64,000 bases of DNA from a virus, in the IMG/VR virus record IMGVR_UViG_3300045988_154277, one strand, 5' to 3'. Below are positions 19,961-31,681 of the stretch, piece by piece; within the stretch, counting starts at the first letter, position 1, and each line of letters opens with the position of its first letter. The position numbers were made by a program, and so were the translations under genes. The notes beneath the pieces were generated by a model. The model saw only the letters and a list, made by a program, of their open reading frames with translations, did no database searches and had not been told where the DNA came from.

Positions 19961-21664
19961 TTACAACGAGTAACTCGAAAAGGTGTTCGCGTTGATCGAC
20001 TGACCAAGCTGATGATCAGGGATCGTATGTCCTCCTTGGAAGGGAGCCTGTCCAGGGGGCAGGTTGGCTTCCGGAGTATATACTGGTTCGTCTTCCAGCA
20101 TATATTTATTATCTCCGAATGCGTTCGGTCCCAACCGTTTCATGATCGTTTCATCCGCTAACGATGAGAGCATACTCGCGTTGGAATTCAGAGTATCGAG
20201 CTTACAAATCATCGGATTCATGAGACCACCGAGTCGTCCGTTGGTCTCATAGAACCCGTCTTCCGGACTCGTTGTATTCCGCTGATCATCGAAGTAGTTC
20301 AGATCCAACAGGATCTCACCGGTCAGGTTGCAGATCGCCATCAGGTCGAACTCTCCATTTACGGCACGTAAGATCGGGAACAGTTCGTTCTCCAACGTCA
20401 TCTTGAAGAGTTCTACCATCTTCTTCATCTGCTCAGGGGTCGACTGCGCCAGAGAGTGGATCGGTTCGTAGAACTCCCAGATGCCGGATGGCGTTGCCAT
20501 GAACTGATCGCTCTTGATCCAGCTATTATACCGGAACGAGATATCAGCCAACCCACACCCCGGAAGGATCGAGGTGATCGTGGATGCAACCATCGAACAC
20601 ATCTTGTTCCGGAGGGACATGTTCTCCTGCGGAGTGATACCCCAACCACCCTGGTTCGGTACCTTGATCGGTCGGATGTTGATGTTCGGGAACATCGACT
20701 GCAACTGCATCAAGGTGATCGGACGAGAGGTATCAATCCCTTGTTTCGGGATGCTGTAGTTGGAGTTCGGAAGTTCCTGGGTGAATGTTGTCCGGACCAC
20801 ATCTGCTTGTACGTTCGGAGTAGCCGGAAGGATCGAACTCTTCATGAAGTCATCATCCGACCGTGCTAACGCCGCATCCAAAGCATGCATCACAGTGTTC
20901 AGCTGATGCTTCGGAGATTTCAACACGGAGCTGATGTTCTTCGCCCCTTCATCCACCACGTTGTTGGTGATCGCCAGAGGACCGTACGCTCCAACCATGG
21001 TGTTGGGGTCGCTGGTATCGATCATCCCCATGAGATCTCCAGGAGTACCCAGGAATAGCTGTTCGCTGGATGCTGACATCATGGAAGTCAAGGCGGAGAT
21101 CAAATCCGTATCGTGAGATACGGTGTATTTCCTGACCCCTCCTCTCATCCCGATCTCATTGTGAAGATAGGTGATCGTTGCATGGGTGAACACCAATACC
21201 GCTCTCGGATTGATCGACTGAGTCAACGGATTCACCGGTTCCTCAGCTCCGAGATTATCCAGACCTGCCACATATCCACTTCCGATAAATCGTGTGGATG
21301 CAGATGGTGCTGCCATCCGGATACCGTGGTTGATTGGGTTGTCATCGATCGTCAACACGAAACTCCAGGTATTGGAGAGCTCGTAGGTGTTCAGCAAGGA
21401 TCCGAAATCCTCCGGAAGGATCGCTGTTACAACACTTTTTGCTTTGCCTGCTCCGTTCGGTGCTACAGCTTCCTGCAGAGTGGACGCTCTGCCGACCACA
21501 TCGTTGTAGAACTGAGGAGTCAGGTTGTAGGCATATGACCGAAGCACCTGTGTTGGTAAGAGCTTCGGCGAGAATAAGAACAGGGTCGCTTGAGGACCCA
21601 TGTAGTCGCCGAGGTGTGCCTGCATGCCATACAGGTTGGCGACGAACTGGTTGTAGTCTTGCAT
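19961..21664 (-). CDS. hypothetical virion-type protein (567 aa)
   Basis: Long ORF; no motif recognised. Confidence 0.55.
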   Translation of the reverse strand: MQDYNQFVANLYGMQAHLGDYMGPQATLFLFSPKLLPTQVLRSYAYNLTPQFYNDVVGRASTLQEAVAPNGAGKAKSVVTAILPEDFGSLLNTYELSNTWSFVLTIDDNPINHGIRMAAPSASTRFIGSGYVAGLDNLGAEEPVNPLTQSINPRAVLVFTHATITYLHNEIGMRGGVRKYTVSHDTDLISALTSMMSASSEQLFLGTPGDLMGMIDTSDPNTMVGAYGPLAITNNVVDEGAKNISSVLKSPKHQLNTVMHALDAALARSDDDFMKSSILPATPNVQADVVRTTFTQELPNSNYSIPKQGIDTSRPITLMQLQSMFPNINIRPIKVPNQGGWGITPQENMSLRNKMCSMVASTITSILPGCGLADISFRYNSWIKSDQFMATPSGIWEFYEPIHSLAQSTPEQMKKMVELFKMTLENELFPILRAVNGEFDLMAICNLTGEILLDLNYFDDQRNTTSPEDGFYETNGRLGGLMNPMICKLDTLNSNASMLSSLADETIMKRLGPNAFGDNKYMLEDEPVYTPEANLPPGQAPFQGGHTIPDHQLGQSINANTFSSYSL

Positions 21665-21702
21665 GTTAGCCTCCTATGCGTTGTGCTAGACTTGGTTATG
21701 GG

Positions 21703-22866
21703 TTACACTCCGTGTTGATCCATCACACACAGACTCGCTACCGCATATACGGTGAAGTCGATGTAGTATTGATCCACGAAGTCGTCACTGTGTTTTATTT
21801 CAATGTAAGCTTCATCCAGCCAATTCTTAGTGATGTCGATCTCAACCACCGTGTTGTTCATCGGGGGTTTGGTAAGATCATGCCAGTACCATCTTGCGAA
21901 TGCGTTGAACACTTCGTCGATGTGGTATTGGTCCATCATGGCTGACTGTTGAGAACTGATGCCTTTGTACCGATTGTACAACTCGTATTTGTGATCGGAT
22001 ACGATGTTCTTATCCAGTGTGATATGGAGATGATAGTCAGTGGCTTCGATCATACCTAACGCTTGGACGAGCGTCATGAACCCCCACCTCCGATCCACAT
22101 CTTCTTCTCCATATTTCACACCTTCTCCTGCAGGATCGAACGGTGGTTCGATCTCTGCTGAGATCACAGAGCACATCGGTACACCGAAGTCCAAAGCTCG
22201 GATCGTTTTCAGATCTTTCAGTGTGATATCGTCCTGCAGGAACACTTTGGTGAACGGATCCACCTCATGCTCCGGGATGTAATCACAAATGTATGGTAAC
22301 TCTGACACATACCTCGGATCACTTCGCATACCAAGAACTCTCTCCAGAACATCCACGTTGGCGGAGTCGTGTCCGAAGATACACTTGTGTACGATGTGGT
22401 CCAAGTTCCGCATCAACGCTTCTGCTTTGGGGTTCCAATACAGAGAGTTGCATACGGCTCTCAGGATATGACTGTGGATGGTCCTCGGACAACAGAGTCC
22501 GATCCCTGTCATCTGCAGCACACCGGTGATCCCATTCAAGAACTTCACGGTCTTGACGTTCGCCAATGAAGATCCTTGATGCATCTTCTGATAGATCCCG
22601 TTGATCTGGATATCGGATGTCCACCAACGTTTCTTCAGATCGATCGGTTCCGATGTGACGAACATCCGCTCGATTACTTGATTACCGACAACTTCCACTG
22701 TCTTGTATTTGTGGAATCCCGCACTCATCAGAGCTACGATATCGACATCCCAACCATACCAGTGGATATCATCCATGCGCTCCCCATCGGAGAACACCGG
22801 AACCACCGATGAGAACTTCGCATCCGATTGATACCTCGATGGTATCGGTACTAAATCATACAACAT
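21703..22866 (-). CDS. hypothetical protein (387 aa)
   Basis: Long ORF; AGGAGG RBS. Confidence 0.55.
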   Translation of the reverse strand: MLYDLVPIPSRYQSDAKFSSVVPVFSDGERMDDIHWYGWDVDIVALMSAGFHKYKTVEVVGNQVIERMFVTSEPIDLKKRWWTSDIQINGIYQKMHQGSSLANVKTVKFLNGITGVLQMTGIGLCCPRTIHSHILRAVCNSLYWNPKAEALMRNLDHIVHKCIFGHDSANVDVLERVLGMRSDPRYVSELPYICDYIPEHEVDPFTKVFLQDDITLKDLKTIRALDFGVPMCSVISAEIEPPFDPAGEGVKYGEEDVDRRWGFMTLVQALGMIEATDYHLHITLDKNIVSDHKYELYNRYKGISSQQSAMMDQYHIDEVFNAFARWYWHDLTKPPMNNTVVEIDITKNWLDEAYIEIKHSDDFVDQYYIDFTVYAVASLCVMDQHGV

Positions 22867-22890
22867 GTTAACCTCCTAACGTTGTTCACA

Positions 22891-22911
22891 TCTAGTAATA
22901 TATAGTTGAAA
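22891..22911 (-). promoter_or_regulatory. promoter-like motif copy (TCTAGTAATATATAGTTGAAA)
   Basis: Motif family; precedes the minus-strand 387-aa gene. Confidence 0.35.
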
Positions 22912-22926
22912 TCACTCTCAGGATAT

Positions 22927-24255
22927 TTACAAAATATATCCTAGGTTCGTGTTGAACGCGATCGATTCCAACCGATCTCTGTTCACCAGACTCGGAGTTA
23001 TAAGGTGATACATGTTGAGATTTACATAATACCATTCCACCAAGGTTCCTCTGGTTGCTGCGATCAAGATCTCACCCAACCAGGTTTTGGATAACGTAAC
23101 TTCGCTGTACTTGTGGATCGAAGTTTTCCAGTTCAGGAAGATCTTACGAAGTTGATCTAGCAGTGGTCCGAAGATCATATCCGTCTGTTGATAGACTCCG
23201 AATCGATCGTACGTGTAGATCTCAGGTTCTTGTTGGTCACAGGACAACCGAACGGTTACATCCGTGTATGGGACATGACAGAAGAACTCGATGAACTCAT
23301 CGAAATCGATCCCTTCCTCCAACCCGGATATTTGATCCATCAGAGGAGTAAGCGGATAACTCTCAGAAAGATGTACGTCTGCACAAGCCATGTCGAAGTA
23401 GCCACAGGCTAAATTTCGATCCTCTAGGTAAGGGAGCAGCGCATCCATCGTGAGGTAAGAAGGAGTGTTCAAACAGACCATGGTGACAGGGTCATATTGA
23501 CCTCGGAACATGAACTCATCGATCAAACATCTCGGATCTTCTTTCGCGTTTAAGCCGATCAACTCATCCACCAAGGTGAACAACCCATCTTGGTTCTTCT
23601 CATAGAAGACCAGATCCTTCAATAGATTGATCACCGTGGCAGGACGTTCTGGAGTTACCTTCTGTCGGATGTTGAATGCGAGGTCGTTCGGACACCAGCG
23701 GACGAAGTCACTGTCCATCCGAGTGTTCGATACGATCTGAAGCATATTGTCCAAATACTCCACGATCCCACACAGACCTCTGTAGTTGCCCATCGGGATC
23801 CGATCTGGTGTATCCGGATAGATCGGTCGTGCTACAGGGAGAGTGATGTTCGTGCTATCACTGATCTTCATCCCTAACACATAGTTCGACAATAAGAAAT
23901 CGATCGTTTGTGTAAAGAGGAAGGTCTCTGTAATACAACCTGGTTTACCATACGTCGCAGAGATAGGAACAAGCACTGGGGGAGTCCGATAAACTCCCCC
24001 AGTGTATATATCTCTATGCATTTGAAGACATCTTGGGTCGAATGTTTCATCGGTGATGAAGGTATGTGCGATCAGATACCCGTCCCAGGTGGAATACACC
24101 TTGTAGAATGCCAAAGGAGGAACACGGATGTTCCTCCCATAAGTCCAGGTATCTTGGGTACCCATACCGTCCCAAGTGTCTTCGCTTGTCTCTCCGAGGA
24201 TCATGGCACCAGGTCGATAGATCCGGTTCGGAACCGGAAGGATCGCCTTGATCAT
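22927..24255 (-). CDS. hypothetical protein (442 aa)
   Basis: Long ORF. Confidence 0.55.
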   Translation of the reverse strand: MIKAILPVPNRIYRPGAMILGETSEDTWDGMGTQDTWTYGRNIRVPPLAFYKVYSTWDGYLIAHTFITDETFDPRCLQMHRDIYTGGVYRTPPVLVPISATYGKPGCITETFLFTQTIDFLLSNYVLGMKISDSTNITLPVARPIYPDTPDRIPMGNYRGLCGIVEYLDNMLQIVSNTRMDSDFVRWCPNDLAFNIRQKVTPERPATVINLLKDLVFYEKNQDGLFTLVDELIGLNAKEDPRCLIDEFMFRGQYDPVTMVCLNTPSYLTMDALLPYLEDRNLACGYFDMACADVHLSESYPLTPLMDQISGLEEGIDFDEFIEFFCHVPYTDVTVRLSCDQQEPEIYTYDRFGVYQQTDMIFGPLLDQLRKIFLNWKTSIHKYSEVTLSKTWLGEILIAATRGTLVEWYYVNLNMYHLITPSLVNRDRLESIAFNTNLGYIL

Positions 24256-24261
24256 CGTTGT

Positions 24262-25875
24262 TTACCCCACTTGTTTTGTTTGCTCGATTTCAAGCAGCCA
24301 ATCGTAGAACGAGCAGATCGCCACGATCGTGATCTCCTGTGGTTCGATCAGCTTCCCATTGAGGTTGTCCTGATCCAACCAATCCCACAACCACGGAGCG
24401 GTGTTGTACACGTATCCGGTCAGGAGGAGTTTGTTGGTCAGTTCCTGGATGTAGTTATCCCAGTCCTTCCCAGATGCTCCGAACGGAGATGCTTCCAGCC
24501 TCTGCTTGCAACGACGGTACACATCGGTTGCACCAACGTTCAGTCGGAACTGTCCATCGTTGATCATCGAACTGACACCTTGATCGGAGGACTGTTGCAT
24601 GGTCATCGCATGCGCCAGCGTCTGATAATTGGTATCCAACTGGAAGAGAACCATCTGAAGCAGAGCCACCAGCTTGGTATACTCCGGACTCTTCAGGTAG
24701 AGGATCCCACGTCCACCACCGATGTCATCGCTGTAGAACATACTGCACAGCATCTGGTTGATCGGAGTTGGAGTGATCGGATGTTTCGCATAATAAGCGA
24801 GCACCGTCTCGTAGTCCTCAGGATCGATCCCGTAGAGGTTGAGATACTTCTTCGTGTTCTCCACAGCAACCGAGATCAACATCCGAGTATCACTCGTCTT
24901 GCGAGAGGTCATCGAGTCGATCTCGATCTGAGCCGTGTTGCCGTCATCCTCATGTTTGGTTGTGATCGGTTTACGACTGTAGGTTGGGAGTTTGTTGATG
25001 GTACTGTAGACCGTACGGATCGCTCGTTTGACCGAGACGATGATGTAGGTCATCAAGTTCCCGTCGCGGATGCTCAGATCCACATTGACGAACTGACGGA
25101 TTAACAACTGACTCTTCAAATAGAGAGTCAGATTGAAACTGTTATATCCATGCATCAGCGAGCTCAGAGAAGTCTCCGTTACCTGATTCACCGTATGCTC
25201 GATATAGTGATCGAGTTTGGCGATCAGCAACTGATACTTCCGATTAAACAGTCGACTGAAGATGTTCGCACACTGGATCTCTTTCAGCTTGCTGTCGATG
25301 TGTTGACTGAGATTCTTCATCATCGTACTGAACATCGGACAGAGCATCTTGCAGAGCAATGTGATCGTCATGAGATCGATCACCTCCGGCGGATGGAATG
25401 TCAACTCGGCGCTGTCCTGTGCTCGCTTCCCAGCACCTTCGAACAATCCGATCGGCATGTTCCCAACCACATATGCTCTGAGTTTGTCACAGAGGTTGAT
25501 GTTGCGATCCAGGAGATCCAGATAGGATCCGAGGTCTCCGATGAACTGCTCCAGATCGTACATGTTCCCATGACATTCCTGGAAATAGTTGTTGATCCGT
25601 CCATGCATCAGTCCGATGCAGGTTGCCAGTTCTGTTTTGTCATCCGAGCTCAATGTGTTCATGAACGCGTTGACCGATGCGAAGATCACATTCCATCCAT
25701 CATCGCCTCTGGATGGGTTGAGTTTCACATAAGTACTGATCTTGAAGACGAAGAGATCCTTCGTCTTATCCAACAGAGATTTCAGTTCCGTGTCGGAATG
25801 CTCGACATCCAGTTCGCTGATGTCGAGTTTCGCACACGTCACTTTTTCGTCTGTTACGAAAGGTTCGAATTGCAT
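24262..25875 (-). CDS. hypothetical protein (537 aa)
   Basis: Long ORF. Confidence 0.55.
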   Translation of the reverse strand: MQFEPFVTDEKVTCAKLDISELDVEHSDTELKSLLDKTKDLFVFKISTYVKLNPSRGDDGWNVIFASVNAFMNTLSSDDKTELATCIGLMHGRINNYFQECHGNMYDLEQFIGDLGSYLDLLDRNINLCDKLRAYVVGNMPIGLFEGAGKRAQDSAELTFHPPEVIDLMTITLLCKMLCPMFSTMMKNLSQHIDSKLKEIQCANIFSRLFNRKYQLLIAKLDHYIEHTVNQVTETSLSSLMHGYNSFNLTLYLKSQLLIRQFVNVDLSIRDGNLMTYIIVSVKRAIRTVYSTINKLPTYSRKPITTKHEDDGNTAQIEIDSMTSRKTSDTRMLISVAVENTKKYLNLYGIDPEDYETVLAYYAKHPITPTPINQMLCSMFYSDDIGGGRGILYLKSPEYTKLVALLQMVLFQLDTNYQTLAHAMTMQQSSDQGVSSMINDGQFRLNVGATDVYRRCKQRLEASPFGASGKDWDNYIQELTNKLLLTGYVYNTAPWLWDWLDQDNLNGKLIEPQEITIVAICSFYDWLLEIEQTKQVG

Positions 25876-25925
25876 ACGACGCTACCTCCTATGTTGATGG
25901 GTGTTATTCCTTCGATACGCTCTCT

Positions 25926-25945
25926 AGTAGTAATATATATTCAAG
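25926..25945 (-). promoter_or_regulatory. promoter-like motif copy (AGTAGTAATATATATTCAAG)
   Basis: Motif family; precedes the minus-strand 537-aa gene. Confidence 0.35.
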
Positions 25946-27149
25946 CTTGCGCTGAGGGTTCTTGGAGTTCTCCAGTCAGAGCTTTCTCCAGATAGGGGAT
26001 GTGTTCCGATATCGCTTGTACCAAATGAAGGATCCACTGCTCATCTTTCGATCTCTGTTCCAGATAGTAGAAGACCGTATCGTATTGCAACTCCAGCATC
26101 TTGGTGAAGAACACACTGAGTGGTCTTCGATCACATACGAAGTCGCATCCCCAGCTGGAGATATCGGCGACATATCCTTTCAGATAAGTCACGAACTTCT
26201 GTTGCATCTCACCTACAGACGAGGGATCCTCTTTGGTATGCAAGAACGTATCCTGATGCATCTTGAGAAGACCTTTGTGTAACTCCAAGATCTTACTGGT
26301 GTGATAGTGAAGTTTATCTTCCTTCATTTCAGCAAACGTTTGAGTTTGCTGCTCACACCCCACTTGGTAATCTTCCAGATTGGCTTGCGTAGCGAGGGAT
26401 GCTTGATGTATAGCTTCCCACATAGCAGTCCGATCTTCATCTTCGTCTCCAGGCGCATAGAACGTGTCCTCCATCGGTACTTTGTTCAAATCATCTTTGT
26501 AATTCTGTAGAGCAGACATGAATGGAGATAACAACTCCAATACTTTACTGGAACCGATCGGTCTGCGATCATCCATGTCTATGTCTTTGTTGATCTCTGC
26601 GAACAGATCTGAAATACGCTTACGAAGCGGTGGATGATCTCGATCAACCAGAAGAGTCATGATCGCCTTGTATCGCTTGAGGTAATCCAACATGTAGACG
26701 GGATCTTGTCTGCGTTCTCTTAACTCTTTCTGGAGAGCCTCTACGGTTCTGGTCGCCGAGATGTACTGTGCGAACGCGTGACAGATCCGCGTGAATATTT
26801 GGGGATCTTTGGCAACAGCACGTCTGACTGCTTTGTATGCAGGACGATCCAATCGTTCCTGTAAAGCCATTCGGATCTCATCGGTAAACTTCATGTTGGT
26901 AGAAGAGGTTCCGAACTCAGGGAACTTCTTGGCGATCCTCGGGAACTCCTGTGTTCCGAAAGTTGTGATTTGTTTCTCCAAACGAAGCTGTTCCGGTGTT
27001 TTGGTAGAGACGAGTCTGTACTCATCCCCACCAAACCGTATCAATAGATCTTCTGGTTCATTGCAAAATCCAAAGTCCAACTGAACCTCTTTGGACTCCT
27101 TCGTTGTTTTGTTATAGAGAACTAGTATGTCTCTTGGTGCTTCTTCCAT
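25941..27149 (-). CDS. hypothetical protein (402 aa)
   Basis: Long ORF; first gene of the minus-strand block. Confidence 0.55.
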   Translation of the reverse strand: MEEAPRDILVLYNKTTKESKEVQLDFGFCNEPEDLLIRFGGDEYRLVSTKTPEQLRLEKQITTFGTQEFPRIAKKFPEFGTSSTNMKFTDEIRMALQERLDRPAYKAVRRAVAKDPQIFTRICHAFAQYISATRTVEALQKELRERRQDPVYMLDYLKRYKAIMTLLVDRDHPPLRKRISDLFAEINKDIDMDDRRPIGSSKVLELLSPFMSALQNYKDDLNKVPMEDTFYAPGDEDEDRTAMWEAIHQASLATQANLEDYQVGCEQQTQTFAEMKEDKLHYHTSKILELHKGLLKMHQDTFLHTKEDPSSVGEMQQKFVTYLKGYVADISSWGCDFVCDRRPLSVFFTKMLELQYDTVFYYLEQRSKDEQWILHLVQAISEHIPYLEKALTGELQEPSAQA

Positions 27150-27205
27150 GTTAACCTCCTATCTTTGGCAAAAAATGTACACCTGATATACATTAATATT
27201 GCCTA

Positions 27206-27244
27206 CGTTGGATAGGTTGAGTATCGAACTCAACCTATCCAACG
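27206..27244. terminator. 17-bp stem hairpin
   Basis: CGTTGGATAGGTTGAGT atcga ACTCAACCTATCCAACG. Confidence 0.5.
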
Positions 27245-27300
27245 TATGTGCACAACAATCATTTTCAATGAGAAATATATATTCAAAACTCGGATGAACT

Positions 27301-27522
27301 TCACGGGTTACGTGGAGGTTTCGGTCGATTGGAGTGTGGTAGGTTACTGAGGAAGAATGTGAGGATCGTGGTGAGCGAGGTAATTAAGTAACAGATGAAC
27401 AGTACCTTACATGTTAAATAAAACCAGTCCGGTTGATCATTCACATACGTTACTAAATACCAAAGTGCTAACAGGTGAATGATGTTGTCCATCATCGCCA
27501 TATGGAATACTTTTGTTGTCAT
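27301..27522 (-). CDS. small membrane protein (73 aa, two hydrophobic helices)
   Basis: ORF 27301-27549; AAAGGA RBS before the internal ATG (MTTKVFHMAMM...). Confidence 0.4.
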   Translation of the reverse strand: MTTKVFHMAMMDNIIHLLALWYLVTYVNDQPDWFYLTCKVLFICYLITSLTTILTFFLSNLPHSNRPKPPRNP

Positions 27523-27582
27523 AATGGTTGTTCCTTTCTTACGTCTCATTCTATGAATAAAACAACGTTAGGAGTTACACAC

Positions 27583-27783
27583 ATGCCTACTATCAATCGT
27601 GGTACATCGGGCACCTACGCGGTGTCTTCGGATAAAACAACAACCAAACAGACTGTTACACCTCGCAAGACGACGAAACGTGTCGTTGTATCTGAACAAT
27701 CTGATGTGGTTTACACTAAGTTACCGACCAAGCGACTTACTAAAATAGTTTCGATGGAAAAGATCTCCAAGAAACGCAGATGA
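27583..27783 (+). CDS. small basic protein (66 aa)
   Basis: AGGAG RBS plus ATG (MPTINRGTSG...); followed by a hairpin. Confidence 0.45.
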   Translation: MPTINRGTSGTYAVSSDKTTTKQTVTPRKTTKRVVVSEQSDVVYTKLPTKRLTKIVSMEKISKKRR

Positions 27784-27808
27784 GCAAGTATCGCGTTGCC
27801 GTATCTTA

Positions 27809-27846
27809 CTACTAGAGTGTGGTGAGCTGACACCACACTCTAGTAG
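27809..27846. terminator. 16-bp stem hairpin
   Basis: CTACTAGAGTGTGGTG agctga CACCACACTCTAGTAG. Confidence 0.5.
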
Positions 27847-27906
27847 ACATCTATGCTGGATCCGGCATGGTATGCCATTTAGACTATATAGAAGAAGGAG
27901 GCGAAT

Positions 27907-30900
27907 ATGCCATTCACATTCGATATGTCACCGAGTGAAGAGCGTCTTCTCTACGACAAGTTCTTCCGGACGAATATGTTCCGTAGGATCAATGATCTTA
28001 CGAGATTGTGGAACCGAGAGGATCTTGTTGAATACCCCGTAGGGAGTATGCTTCACTTGATCGACGATAACTTCTTGATGAACCATCCTGTTGTGTTGGT
28101 TCCCGATACCTCTGGTTGGTCTATGACCAGAAAACCAGACCGTAAGTTCGTGATGCACATCATAGAACCGGTACCTGCAACAGCGATCCCTCTTACAGAA
28201 ACCTTCGCTCTACCTACCTCAGGGGTGTCTGTTACGATCTTGAACTTCAAGAAGCGTAATCAGAACCTGATGCGTCCTGTTGTGAAGATGGAGGATTTTC
28301 CGAGTCCGATGCGTCCTGAAGTACAGAGTATCATCTCGTACAACGCACTTTACCGTGCTCGTATCTTTGGACTGTTGCGAGGATATCGTCGGTTCAATTA
28401 CATCTTCACCAACATCTTCAATACCATCTGCTCGATCGGAACGGGAAGACGACATTTCATCCCGATCCCTGTCGGAGATAAGGTCTTTGATCGAAACAAG
28501 TTCATGACCTCTTTTATCAAACACGATAAAGGTTCTCTGAAACTTGCAGAAGATCCGTGGTATCTGTTCATGGTTCACTTCATGGGGTGGTTGAACACCC
28601 AAAACACACCCTCTCTGTTCGAGAAAGTCCCTGAGAAGTATTGGGAATATATCAACTTCGTTCTGTATACAAGAACCAAAGTTCTTGTTCTCAATATGAA
28701 GCTCTTGAAAGAGTTCAACGAAGGGAACAAGATCCTTTGGCGGGTGATGAATTTGATCAACCTGATGGCTGAGGAAGGTCATCAAGCTGCGATGCAGGAC
28801 TTCGGTGATGTTCCGGTTGCATGTGATACACAAGAAGAACCAGGAGAACTCGCTGTTCAAGCGGATACTCCTTTTACAGAAGAGAAGGAACCGATCCATG
28901 TCACTACTCAAGAGACTGCTTCTGATCGTGACAACCAAGATCAGAGTACTGTTCCACAAGGATCCCCCAGAGAGGAAGATCAGGTAAACGAGGTTACCTT
29001 ACAGCAACCTCCTGCGGAACCTGCCCCCAAACAACAGGAACCCCCGTCTCCTGTGAAGACGATGTTCACTTCTCCTACCAGGAGGAAACCCATCCCGTAT
29101 CTCACCACTCAGCAGAGAGTCAAACGGGAGACTGATGAGTTCGAAAAGTATCTCGATTTCGAACCTCAGACGCTGACGATCGATCCCAAGTGGTTAGAAG
29201 TAGAGATGGTGGAGGGGAAACAGAATGCTCCCGAGTTCAAAGAGAACATGACGGAAGAGGAACAGAAAACCTCCAACCAGAAGTTCTTGAATGAGATTGA
29301 CGAAGGAGCGAAGACTCATATCGAGAATGATCAACATCTCAACAACTATCAAGCAGAGCAAGCGAAGAAACTCGCTGAAGCATACAAGAACATCAAAGTT
29401 GGAGATAAGACGATCGAACAGATCATCCAGGAAGTACCAGATGACACGGTTGCAACCAACACGTTGAATTTCTTGGAGGACGATCCGGATATCGTGGATA
29501 AGTCCATGTTGAAATCTTCCGTTGCTACGTTCGAACACGACTACATGAAGAAACTCTTCCTTCGGGATATGGTGATGAACCTCACCTCATTCAACAAACA
29601 AGGGATGTTCCTGAAGCAAGTGGATGTGGAAGACGTCAGCGATAGTCTGAACCAGCTGATGGAGTACAAAGTCACCTACGAGGATACAAGCAAGAAAACG
29701 CACGTCATCCGATTCAAACTTCCCAAAGTAGATGAGAGAGGATACTGTTATGTGAACGGTACGCTTAGCGTCCTGAAGAAACAGAGAGTCCCTCTTCCGA
29801 TCTGTAAGATCAACCCGACAACTGTTACGTTGACCAGCAACTACAACAAGTATCTGGTGGTGCGGAATGTCACGGTGGCTCACAGTTATATCAACTACAT
29901 CGAGTCGATCCTGAACAAAGGCAATACACCAGAACATCCTGTTGTTGTTCAGCTGAACACCAAGACTTGGAACGATGTGACACTCCCCTACGAGTACACC
30001 TCGTTGGCGAAGAAATACCTCAGCATCAAACTCTCGTTGACAGAGACAGTTGAGTTCTATTTCAACCTGGAAGGAAGACACCAGTGGTTGAGGGATGTTG
30101 GGGGTCTCTTACCAGAGGACTTGGACCTCGTAAAATCGATCGAGAGCGACGCGAAATGCCTTGCTGTAGCGTACGTTGGGAAGCGTCTAATCGGGTTCAT
30201 AGATATCAACAACATATTTACCGTGATCAACTTGGACGACCATACAACCTCTGCTTCTACGACGATCATCGATTTCTTGTGTGAGCAGTTGAATGTAGCT
30301 CCGACTCCGCTGTCAGAGTGGACGGATTTCAAACTGTTGGAGACAACGGTTCCTGTGATCTTCGCTCTCTGTTATCGGTACGGTCTGAGTGAGATGTTGA
30401 ACTACACCAAGACACAGTATCGTATCTTGGAATCAGGAGAACGTTCCTATCGGAACTGGTCTGATGTTGTAATACGGTTCGCAGATAAGACGCTGATCAT
30501 CCCGAGGTCTCCTCTGGTGAACAGCATGCTGTTCGCTGGGTTGAACTTCTTCCAGTTGAACAAGATCAATATGGAAGAGATGGACAGTAAAGATATCTAC
30601 TACGATCTTCTCCAGAGCAAGAAACGTTCTGTTCATTTCCTGAAAGGGATCGATAACTTCTTCGATCTGTTCGTGGATCCGATCTCCAGAGAGGTTCTGG
30701 AACAGATGAAAGAACCAACCAATGCAAGAGATATCCTGATCCGTGCTACTCAGCTTCTGACGACAGAAGATCACAAACCTCAGGCTTCCAGCACCAACTT
30801 CCGATTCCGTTCTTATGAACAGATCAATAGTGCGATATACAAAGTACTGAGTCGATCCTTCGCCAACTACAGAAGCAAGAGTGTAGGCGCTACTCACAAG

Positions 30901-31269
30901 TGGAGTATCGCAGATTACGAAGTGCAGCAGATGGTTATGCAGGATCAGTTAAAAGAGAATGTCGACATCATCAACCCCATCAACGACATCAAGTATCAGG
31001 AGGAGTTCTCCCATGCTGGATTCGCTGGTGGACGGAAGAGTCTGCAGAGTTTTACAGTCCCAGATCGTCAGTATCCGAAAGATGCTGTCGGTATCATCTC
31101 AGAGGCTACCGTCGATAGTGCGAAGACTGCATTCGCAGCGTCCACTTCGATGGATCCGACGATCGTCAATATGCGTGGGATGACACTCACCTCTAACCCA
31201 GATGAGTTGAAACCTACTCAGATCTTGTCGATCAGTTCTTTGATCATGCCTGGAGTGACGCAAGATGAT
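27907..31269 (+). CDS. multisubunit RNA polymerase beta-like subunit, exon 1 (about 1121 codons)
   Basis: GAAGGAGG RBS. NTPEHPVVVQLN resembles beta ETPEGPNIGLIN, and the C-terminal SLIMPGVTQDD resembles beta SLIPFLEHDD. The ORF is closed by a TAA that lies at the 5' edge of group I intron A. Confidence 0.6.
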
Positions 31270-31681
31270 TAACATTATAACAGTCCGGTATACCCGAAGA
31301 GGGTGTGCTTGTTACCATTCCTAATACTAGGAAGTTCTTAAGGTTCTACATACTACAACGTAGCTCAAAAGGCAAGCGTGATAGTCGCGAAAGCAGAAAG
31401 AAATGTAGAAATGACCTATGCTGAAATAAAAGCCTGTTACAAGGTGCTAAGGGTTGCTAACAAGGAATTACTAGTAGCGAAGTCTTGTCTATAAGACAGG
31501 ATGTGCTCAACGACTAGGGGGTTAATCGCCCCGTACCCGCCAAGTGGCGCTGGGAAACGGAATGGACCCTAACAGATTAAGCTGAGGGTTTGACATAGTC
31601 TCTACATCTACGGAAAGCGTAGAGCAGAACTTAATGTTCGGGTGATGAGTAACGATCATCACTGAAGATAAAGAGCAAGCG
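31270..31681 (+). ncRNA. group I intron A (ORF-less); core to about 31622 plus a possible 3' extension
   Basis: P7 halves GACTAG (31512-31517) and TAGTC (31596-31600). Q/R region GGATGTGCTCAACGACTAGG parallels Tetrahymena GGAUGCAGUUCACAGACUAA. P9 hairpin CTACG gaaag CGTAG (31608-31622). Extra hairpin GTGATGA gtaacga TCATCAC (31642-31662). Confidence 0.65.

Noticed and set aside
23908-25104. 398-aa and 281-aa plus-strand ORFs (also 25150-25995)
   Set aside because: They overlap long minus-strand genes that have RBSs and an operon context. They are His/Arg/Asp-rich shadow ORFs.
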